In this document: piece by piece, positions 53,173 through 59,960 of the stretch | Layout: every line of letters starts with the position of its first letter | Position numbering within the stretch: the stretch's first letter is position 1 | Notes under the pieces: generated by a model | Database searches by the model: none | What the model saw: the letters and a program-made list of their open reading frames with translations, nothing else | Told to the model about the DNA's origin: nothing | Source: a virus | DNA: 64,000 nt | IMG/VR virus record: IMGVR_UViG_3300046534_001341 | Span: 12,846-76,845 of that record | Direction: 5' to 3' (one strand) | Translations under genes and position numbers: made by a program

Positions 53173-54462
53173 TATGAACCTAATACAAATAGTATCGTGG
53201 ACAATTGTGCGGGCCTGTAGAGGCAACCCAATCATTACTACCCTGCTCGTATTTTTTATCTTCATCATGATTAACATGCTGGAGGCCTTACTTGAGGTGC
53301 TGATCTTTGGTGGGCGTTTCGAGCACTGGGGTGATGTAGTTATTTGGGTAACTCAGTTTACCTACACAGGGTATCTCATAAACCTGTGCTCTACTTTTAA
53401 TAGGGATAACCCGTGACTGTGCTTTGTTCTATTTGTAGTAACCCAATCCTATTGGTTCCAAGTGCTGAAGAGCGTGCAGCGAAGTCTGGGAAACCTGCTT
53501 CGTATTATCTTAATCTTTTCACTGAACATGCTAGCTGTACTGTGACTAAACGTCATCAGGAAAGTGTAGCCCTGATGCGGAGGATTCGTAATGCCAACAA
53601 GTAACCCTGGATGTAGTAACGGCAATTGTGTCGTCAACGATCACCCGAAAGGAAAGGTCGTCACTCACGGTTGGTGTCAATGTCTTCGTTCATTACCTGA
53701 CGAAACTCGTTTACGTGTTGAGGCTAAGTTGCACCAACTACGTACTGCTGAGGCTCTTATTAAATCAATGGAAGACATGCCAGGTTTAGCTCTGATGCTG
53801 GAGACTTATTGGGAACACAGAAGCTCCAAGTTATGACTAAGCAGAACACCAAAGAAAAAGCACTAGTTAATCTAGTGAAACAGATTCCTAATTGTAAATG
53901 CGGGGAGTTGGGGGAGGAAACGCACCCTTGCCCTTTCGCAAAGGAAGTTCACAAAGACTGGGCTACACTTTGTAATTGCTGTGCTGTTTGTAGGCACAAT
54001 TGTTTTAGGGAGATTTAGGGTGGTTCTATGTAATTGGTAATAAAATAGATAATTGGAAATTAAAAAAATGAATCAAGTTGAATTATTAAGACACGTAGCA
54101 AATAATTTAGAAGCGGGTAGAGAGTCTGGTGATGGGCTTCTATATAATGGGGGGACATCAGGATCAATTGATGCGAAGGATATTCGGCTAGATACTCATA
54201 AGCTTTACACACTAACACCACGAACGCATGAAGTTAATAATTTTACTGTGCCAGCGCCGCTGACAGAGGCGCCAGCAAATGGAACTCACTATTACATAGC
54301 ATCGACAGAGCAAGATTACTTCTTTTTACGTTCATCTTGGGAAGGTCTTTCTTTAGATTATAAATACTTACATCGCGGCCTAATTCACTTAACAGAAGAA
54401 GCGGCACAACAAAACGCACTAGCATGGCTTGGTCGCGATCCAGAAAAAGGAATTGAGGGTGT

Positions 54463-54780
54463 ATGACTCAATCAACAGCATGGCAGCACATGGAGGCCCA
54501 TTATATTAATAAGGTCTCTCGTGCTGAATTCCAAGTAAGTGAAAGAGATAAGACCATTAAAGAGCTGAAGCTTAAACTACTTCTAGCAGGTGTTGTGGGG
54601 GACGGCCCTAAAATACCTACAGACAGTGCTGTTGCTCACGAGTTAGAGCGGACGGAAACTAGTAAGTTCGCAGGTCTTCAAATAAAATCCACAGCCATTA
54701 GCCAAGTGTGTGGTTTGTTGCTTCAAATGGGCTACAGCGACACTGTGATGGTTTTTCAGAAAATCAATCGTAATAATTAG
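54463..54780 (+). CDS. Hypothetical protein with LKxLL motif
   Basis: IKELKLKLLLAG. Confidence 0.6.
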   Translation: MTQSTAWQHMEAHYINKVSRAEFQVSERDKTIKELKLKLLLAGVVGDGPKIPTDSAVAHELERTETSKFAGLQIKSTAISQVCGLLLQMGYSDTVMVFQKINRNN

Positions 54781-54837
54781 ACCAACCTTCGGTTGGTTTA
54801 CCTGAACAAAATTAAATTTTAACATCAAGGGATTATT

Positions 54838-55572
54838 TTGAAAACAATTGAAATTAACGAATCGGCTCGCTCGATGAAACTGAACATGGACAACCGTGTG
54901 AAGTTTAAAAACATCATTCTGAATGATGTCTTGTTTGCTCGATCAAATGCAGTACGTGAAGGTATGGTTGTTATCCAAGGTAAGTTCATTGATCTTACTT
55001 ATGGCAGCACACCCCAAAAACGTGCCGCAGTAAAAAAGCGCATGATTAAAATGGAAGAAGACACTAAGGCAATTAATGCTTTGGGTGTGTCTTGTACATC
55101 AAGCACGGGTTCACACACCAGCTCATTCAATTTGAATTTAGCAGGTAGTGCGATCACCTTGTACTTCTGGGAAGAGCCCCTTATGACTCATACCGTTGGA
55201 TTCAATAATGAATTCTTGAAGTATTCTCGAAATGAAACATCTAATGGTCGTGCAGCATTACCTGTTGGATCTAGTAAACTTACTCTGGTTCATGGTGATC
55301 CATTGATCCAGAAGTTCTGGGATCTGAAGTATGAAGCTGAAGCAATTGAGCTAGCCTCTGAAGAGCTGTCTGCAGTTTTGTCTACCGTTTTTGGTAGAGC
55401 AAAAACTCTTGGTGCTGCTATTGATAAGTGGCCTGAGCTAAGTCAGTATGTGCCCGCAATTATGTCCTCTTGTAAAGAGATCGTAGTGCCAGTAGGTACA
55501 TTGAACAAACGCTTGGACGTATTACGTTCAGGTAAAGGTAAAGTAGCTGATGCCATGAAGGCTGAAGCTTAA
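54838..55572 (+). CDS. Nmad5-like protein
   Basis: helical protein with TLGAAIDKWPEL..YVP motif. Confidence 0.5.
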   Translation: MKTIEINESARSMKLNMDNRVKFKNIILNDVLFARSNAVREGMVVIQGKFIDLTYGSTPQKRAAVKKRMIKMEEDTKAINALGVSCTSSTGSHTSSFNLNLAGSAITLYFWEEPLMTHTVGFNNEFLKYSRNETSNGRAALPVGSSKLTLVHGDPLIQKFWDLKYEAEAIELASEELSAVLSTVFGRAKTLGAAIDKWPELSQYVPAIMSSCKEIVVPVGTLNKRLDVLRSGKGKVADAMKAEA

Positions 55573-55574
55573 CC

Positions 55575-56045
55575 GAGCACAAACTCTCCTGTAGCAATAC
55601 GGGAGTGCAGCGTGGGTCGTGGCAGACGTTAAAATGTCCGGTGTGTATCTGAGATTGATGCCGAAAACGCACACTTAAAACTCCACCTAGTGAGGTACGT
55701 GCATCCGTTGGTAGCGTACTACTAGGATTAATGTGCAGCGGTGTAACGGGGCGACGCTAACTTGCCCCCTGTGAGTTCGAGACTCGCTTAATCCGAGGGC
55801 CTACTCTGTGGCCTTAGCTTTACAGCTTAAAGACCCTTTGTGTCAGGTGTATGGTCATGGAGACGATAACATCCCGTCGTTAAGGTCGACGTAAAAAGCC
55901 TGCTCAGTAATGAGGATAACAACCGGACTCATGGAGGCCGTGACACTACGTGCAGTTTATGGATCACGTTAAAAGCCACACTCAGTACACGAGGGAACCA
56001 TTCCCAATGACATCGAGTATAACAACCGCTTGCATCGTACTGCTC
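55575..56045 (+). ncRNA. Large pseudoknot-rich structured RNA (~470 nt)
   Basis: no credible CDS; GCAA tetraloop hairpin; at least five stem/A-rich linker/loop-pairing units; GAGCA...TGCTC ends. Confidence 0.6.
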
Positions 56046-56078
56046 AGAATTCTCAACCGGCAACCTATAGGTGGGCTT

Positions 56079-56354
56079 ATGTACGTAACACCAGACAACA
56101 AGAAGCCAGTTATTATTACGGGTACCGGTAAGTACCAAACCCGTGCGGGTGATATAGTAACCATAGACACTGTGCACGATCACAGTGACGATTACTCAGT
56201 AACCCGCTACAACTGCAAAGGCACCATGGCCGTCAAGCGCAAGGGCAAAAAGGTTAAGCATGTCTGGAATATTTGGCACGAAAGTGGGGACTTCGGTGGT
56301 GACATCGGAGAACACCCAGAAGACATCGTTAAAAAATTAGATCAATCCACGTAA
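56079..56354 (+). CDS. Hypothetical protein inside ncRNA island
   Basis: GKYQTRAGDIVTI...WHESG...HPEDIV. Confidence 0.65.
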   Translation: MYVTPDNKKPVIITGTGKYQTRAGDIVTIDTVHDHSDDYSVTRYNCKGTMAVKRKGKKVKHVWNIWHESGDFGGDIGEHPEDIVKKLDQST

Positions 56355-56398
56355 CGATAACCCAAAGAAACAGGCTATAAATGAATAGTCGTAGGAGT

Positions 56399-56564
56399 AA
56401 GGCAGTCTAATCACCCAAGTAAGGGCGCGGCATAACCTCTAGGGAGGTGCAGGGTTGCCTTGGGCTAGTGGTATATTTAGAAAGAATTCAGACATCGAGG
56501 GGTTTTTCCCTTGCTCTGTCGAATAGGCTTGGTGGACCTTTTGCCACCCGTGACTTCGGTCACG
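56399..56564 (+). ncRNA. Series of stem-loops preceding the first tRNA-like RNA
   Basis: AAGGCAGTCT/GGGTTGCCTT stem, GGTGG/CCACC, CGTGAC-TTCG-GTCACG. Confidence 0.45.
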
Positions 56565-56569
56565 TTAAT

Positions 56570-56678
56570 GGGAGTGTAGCTCAGTTGGTAGAGCAACTTG
56601 CGATTCGTGAGGTTAGGACCCTAACCCATCATCGTAAAGCAAGAATGCCGGGCGGTTCAAGTCCCCCCACTTCCACCA
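56570..56678 (+). tRNA. tRNA-like RNA 1: Ala-type acceptor, anticodon loop replaced by ~37-nt insert
   Basis: GGGAGTG/CACTTCC-A-CCA; normal D arm (GCTC AGTTGGTA GAGC) and TTCAAGT T loop; CTTGC/GCAAG stem encloses an extra hairpin. Confidence 0.8.
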
Positions 56679-56682
56679 TTAT

Positions 56683-56848
56683 GAACTTAGTTATGTGAAA
56701 GCTGTTAGTGATCCCAAGGGCGGGCAAACCCTGGGAGAGTGAAAGCAATTAGCAGTAACGCCTATGCAGGACTTGAGATGATCCCTTTACCTTCGGGGAG
56801 GATAGCTCTCAAGTTACGGTCTTCGGTCACACGGAGTGAGTTCTTCCA
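56683..56848 (+). ncRNA. Multi-branched structured RNA ending in TCCA
   Basis: GAACTTA/TGAGTTC closing stem; GCTGTTAGT/ATTAGCAGT; GACTTGAGA/TCTCAAGTT; cUUCGg loop. Confidence 0.55.
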
Positions 56849-56849
56849 T

Positions 56850-57028
56850 TTTTGTAATGGTATTAGTAGCAAAGACATGAGTGCCTTGTGTTAACAATAG
56901 GAACGTGAGCAAACATAAACCACGCCCTTCTCTGTTGATGGCAAGTAACACCGAGCGGTCGGGGATGGGCTGCCAATAGAACTTAAAATTCTACAAGGCG
57001 CGCGGAATCCTGGAGTATCATTACAAAA
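56850..57028 (+). ncRNA. ~180-nt structured RNA with 15-bp closing stem, internal bubble and multi-way junction
   Basis: TTTTGTAATGGTATT/AGTATCATTACAAAA; GTGCCTTGT/ACAAGGCGC. Confidence 0.6.
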
Positions 57029-57035
57029 GTTTTAT

Positions 57036-57112
57036 GGGCCGGTCTGTTGACGGTAAAACTGCCTCCATTTTGGGAGGAGACGGGTAATTACGTAATCCCG
57101 TTCGGTCCACCA
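57036..57112 (+). tRNA. tRNA-like RNA 2: Ala-type acceptor, non-canonical T and anticodon arms
   Basis: GGGCCGG/TCGGTCC-A-CCA; CCTCC/GGAGG with 6-nt loop; ACGGG-TAATTACGTAAT-CCCGT. Confidence 0.75.
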
Positions 57113-57118
57113 CTTTAT

Positions 57119-57209
57119 GGGGTGTTAGCTTACGTCTAATGCGCTGAGTTGACTGGGTTTAGGCCTACTGCTCAGAACGGGTAACTACGCAGTCCCGTAC
57201 ACTCCACCA
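57119..57209 (+). tRNA. tRNA-like RNA 3: Ala-type acceptor, non-canonical T arm, extended anticodon arm
   Basis: GGGGTGT/ACACTCC-A-CCA; CTGAGT/GCTCAG; ACGGG-TAACTACGCAGT-CCCGT. Confidence 0.75.
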
Positions 57210-57213
57210 ATTA

Positions 57214-57326
57214 ATGTTTATTGGTTAGCTGCTCGCCTGATTTCAGCGGGCATACCTTGATCGGATATTGAAAGGAGGGTTCGACTCCCCCACAAGGTTC
57301 TGAAAGGGTAGCTATCCAATACACAT
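57214..57326 (+). ncRNA. Long-stem RNA containing a canonical T-arm module (Y-RNA/YrlA-like architecture?)
   Basis: ATGTTTATTGGTTAGCTGC/GTAGCTATCCAATACACAT stem; ACCTTG/CAAGGT; GGG-TTCGACT-CCC. Confidence 0.55.
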
Positions 57327-57420
57327 TTCGTACATTAAAATAACGGCAAATGAATGAGTAGAGTTAACTCTACTTTAGAAACTAAGGGTCTAATTTAACT
57401 GACTAAACCAAGGTGGAAAA

Positions 57421-58284
57421 ATGATAGATTTAAACTGGCCTGAAGGGGCCGAAGCTAAGATTGATGATACTTTCTCAAAATGGGTAGATGGTGCTCAATA
57501 CGATCTCATAGGTGGGAATTGGACTGAAAACCTAAATAACTGGTCACTTGATAAATTTAAATTAAATGGTTCTTTTACAATAATAGAGCGCCAAATTGAC
57601 ACAGTTGAAATAAATTGGCCTGAAGGGGCCGAGGCTAAGGTTAATGATATTTTCACAAAATGGATAGATGGGGTTGAATACTATCTAAAGGAGGGCGAGT
57701 GGGTTCAAAGTTGGAATAGCCGGTCACTTGATAAATACAAATCAAATAATGATTTTAAAGTAATAGAGCGACCAATTGAGACAGTTGAAATTAATTGGCC
57801 TGAAGGGTCCGAGGCTAAGATTGATGAGGATTTCGCAAAATGGGTTGATGGTGTTGAATACAACCTAGATCATGGTGAATGGGTTAAAAACCAAAACAGT
57901 TGGTCGCTTGTTAAATTCAAATCATCTGATGATTTTAAAGTCATAGAGCGCCCAATTGAAACAGTTGAAATAAAAGAGGTAAGTAAGCCAATTGACACTC
58001 CATATCTGCCAGAAGTGGGGGAGTGGTGTGATTATCGAACAGTGCAGAAAGGTGAATATAGAAAGGCATTCTTTATTGGTCATAACGAAGTTGGTGAGCA
58101 TGTATTAAAAGACGTTCACGGTGATTTTATTGAAGATAGTTGCAACTTCCGGCCAATCAAGACAGAGTGTGAGAAGTTTATTGAAAAAGGAATTGAGATA
58201 AACCGAAGTTTAACGATAGGGGCTACAGAAACAGAAATGTTTGTTGCGCTGTTTGAAGCCGGATTCAAAGCACCAGAATATTAA
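57421..58284 (+). CDS. Protein with three tandem 60-aa repeats (180-bp DNA period)
   Basis: NWPEG(A/S)EAK...KW.DG..Y...W...SL.K.K....F..IER.I.TVEI x3. Confidence 0.85.
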   Translation: MIDLNWPEGAEAKIDDTFSKWVDGAQYDLIGGNWTENLNNWSLDKFKLNGSFTIIERQIDTVEINWPEGAEAKVNDIFTKWIDGVEYYLKEGEWVQSWNSRSLDKYKSNNDFKVIERPIETVEINWPEGSEAKIDEDFAKWVDGVEYNLDHGEWVKNQNSWSLVKFKSSDDFKVIERPIETVEIKEVSKPIDTPYLPEVGEWCDYRTVQKGEYRKAFFIGHNEVGEHVLKDVHGDFIEDSCNFRPIKTECEKFIEKGIEINRSLTIGATETEMFVALFEAGFKAPEY

Positions 58285-58336
58285 AACCCACTGCATTTAC
58301 AGTTTCACAATGCTGCTATTAGCATATACCCATTTC

Positions 58337-58370
58337 AGCCCCTCAACCTAGTGTGTGAGGGGCTTTTTTT
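58337..58370 (+). terminator. Rho-independent terminator
   Basis: AGCCCCTCA...TGAGGGGCT then T run. Confidence 0.8.
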
Positions 58371-58378
58371 ATTTTTAT

Positions 58379-58607
58379 TTTAGTATATTTATCGAGTGGC
58401 ACAGGGCACTGATTGTAGGGATTTTTTGATGGGGTATGTGCCCTTAGGAGAATCCTGTTCAGTAAATTGTATGACGATCAGAACTAAGGCGGGGTTACCA
58501 TCCCGGTGTAGCGGTGGGGTAGAGTAGGGGACACCCAAAATACCACCTAGCTTCATTATCTGGCGGCAATTTGGCAACGCCCCGTGTCACGCGATAAATA
58601 TATTAAA
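58379..58607 (+). ncRNA. ~230-nt element closed by a ~24-bp inverted repeat
   Basis: TTTAGTATATTTATCG-A-GTGGCAC ... GTGTCAC-G-CGATAAATATATTAAA with G-U pairs on + strand; internal stems. Confidence 0.55.
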
Positions 58608-58625
58608 CTCACAGAGGAGCCAACT

Positions 58626-59630
58626 ATGGCAAATCCCCAATACAAAAATCTCAAGAATACATCCTTGAGTGTGGCTGTGTGGTTAGCCCACGACAGTTAC
58701 GACCACAACCCAGACCCAAACACCATATCTGTTACCACCCTGATTAAACCAATCAAACAGATTGTGTTAGGTATGCGGGCCAAGAAAGCTGGGGTAGTGG
58801 AATCACGAGAAATCAGTGAGAACACTGCCTCCAGTATGGGTACAGCATTCCATGACTCAATCGAAGATGCTTGGGTAAATAATTACAAGACGGCCTTGGC
58901 CAAGCTTGGTTATCCCCAGAAGATCATCGACCGTATTGTGGTTAACCCTACCGTGATCAAAGATGGAGACATCCCTGTTTATTTGGAGCGTCGCTCATCA
59001 ATGAAGATTGGTGGTTTAACTGTATCAGGTAAATTCGATTTCGTCGGTGAGGGTCGTGTAGAGGACTTTAAGTCCACAAGCACGTATTCATACACGTCAG
59101 GCACAAAAGACGGTGCATTCATCCTACAGGGCTCTCTGTATCGATTATTGAACCAAGACATCATCACTCGTGATGATATGGCTATCCAGTACATTTTTAC
59201 TGATTGGAAACCTACCTTGGCGCTTAGCGATAAAGGGTACCCACAAAGCCGTGTGCTTGAGCATAAGCTTAATCTCATGGATGTAGATGAAACACATCGT
59301 TGGGCAGAACAAAAAGTACACCAGATCATTACTCTTAAGGATGTGACGGAAGATAAAATGCCTGACTGTACTCAAGAAGACCTGTGGCAGTCAGTCCCTA
59401 AGTACAAGTACTACAAAAACCAAGCCAATGCTACAAAGCCAGGTGGGCGTAGTACTAAGAATTTCGATTCTATTATCGAAGCCAACATAAAATTGGCTGA
59501 TGATAATTACGTAGGTGTGGTTGTTACAGTACCGGGTGAAGTCCGTGCCTGTAAGTACTGCGATGCATTCAATGCTTGTAAGCAAAAAGATGGCTTGATT
59601 GCATCTGGTTCATTGAAGGTGGGTAAGTAA
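58626..59630 (+). CDS. PD-(D/E)XK nuclease (N4 gp42 family)
   Basis: AVWLAHDSYD, GTAFHDSIE, SGKFDF...VEDFKSTS, CKYC. Confidence 0.85.
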   Translation: MANPQYKNLKNTSLSVAVWLAHDSYDHNPDPNTISVTTLIKPIKQIVLGMRAKKAGVVESREISENTASSMGTAFHDSIEDAWVNNYKTALAKLGYPQKIIDRIVVNPTVIKDGDIPVYLERRSSMKIGGLTVSGKFDFVGEGRVEDFKSTSTYSYTSGTKDGAFILQGSLYRLLNQDIITRDDMAIQYIFTDWKPTLALSDKGYPQSRVLEHKLNLMDVDETHRWAEQKVHQIITLKDVTEDKMPDCTQEDLWQSVPKYKYYKNQANATKPGGRSTKNFDSIIEANIKLADDNYVGVVVTVPGEVRACKYCDAFNACKQKDGLIASGSLKVGK

Positions 59631-59960
59631 ATGTCACTATCATTTCTTATAACTGCCTTCAGAGTGTTAGGGACTATTCGTACTGTCACCACTGTTCTGG
59701 AAATGGTTAATGGACCCCTCACCGTATCTTCACCGAATGCAGGCACTCATTTACCAATTTTGGGGATGCACATCCAATACATCCAGAACCAGTATGAAGA
59801 TGCTGTGAACTGGAACAATGCCCACCCAGCTAATTTGAGTATTTCAAATAGCTCATTAGTGGCGGGTCTCAATCGAGAACTTGGTCTTAATCAATCACTG
59901 GCTGCCTACCAACAAGTTTGGGCTAGACCGAAGGGAGGGATCATAGATGAAAGATCTTAG
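59631..59960 (+). CDS. Hypothetical protein
   Basis: 109 aa, tightly packed between nuclease and primase. Confidence 0.6.
   Translation: MSLSFLITAFRVLGTIRTVTTVLEMVNGPLTVSSPNAGTHLPILGMHIQYIQNQYEDAVNWNNAHPANLSISNSSLVAGLNRELGLNQSLAAYQQVWARPKGGIIDERS

Noticed and set aside
56596-56645. Intron-containing tRNA-Ala(UGC)
   Set aside because: The insert is far too short for a group I/II intron, and the TGC lies in the stem rather than a loop
56447-56698. 83-aa ORF
   Set aside because: Overlaps tRNA-like RNA 1 and has no RBS or recognisable motif
55575-57209. Canonical or permuted tmRNA (pk1-like GTAAAAAGCC, GCTTTACAGCTTAA resembling the tag end, Ala-type acceptor ends)
   Set aside because: Each acceptor stem closes locally within 77-109 nt, no tRNA-like domain encloses the pseudoknots, and the frame ending at that TAA reads ...LSFTA*, not an ssrA-type tag
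57421-57970. CRISPR array or DGR template/variable repeat
   Set aside because: Repeats are in-frame 180-bp coding units with no spacers; differences are not adenine-specific and no reverse transcriptase is present
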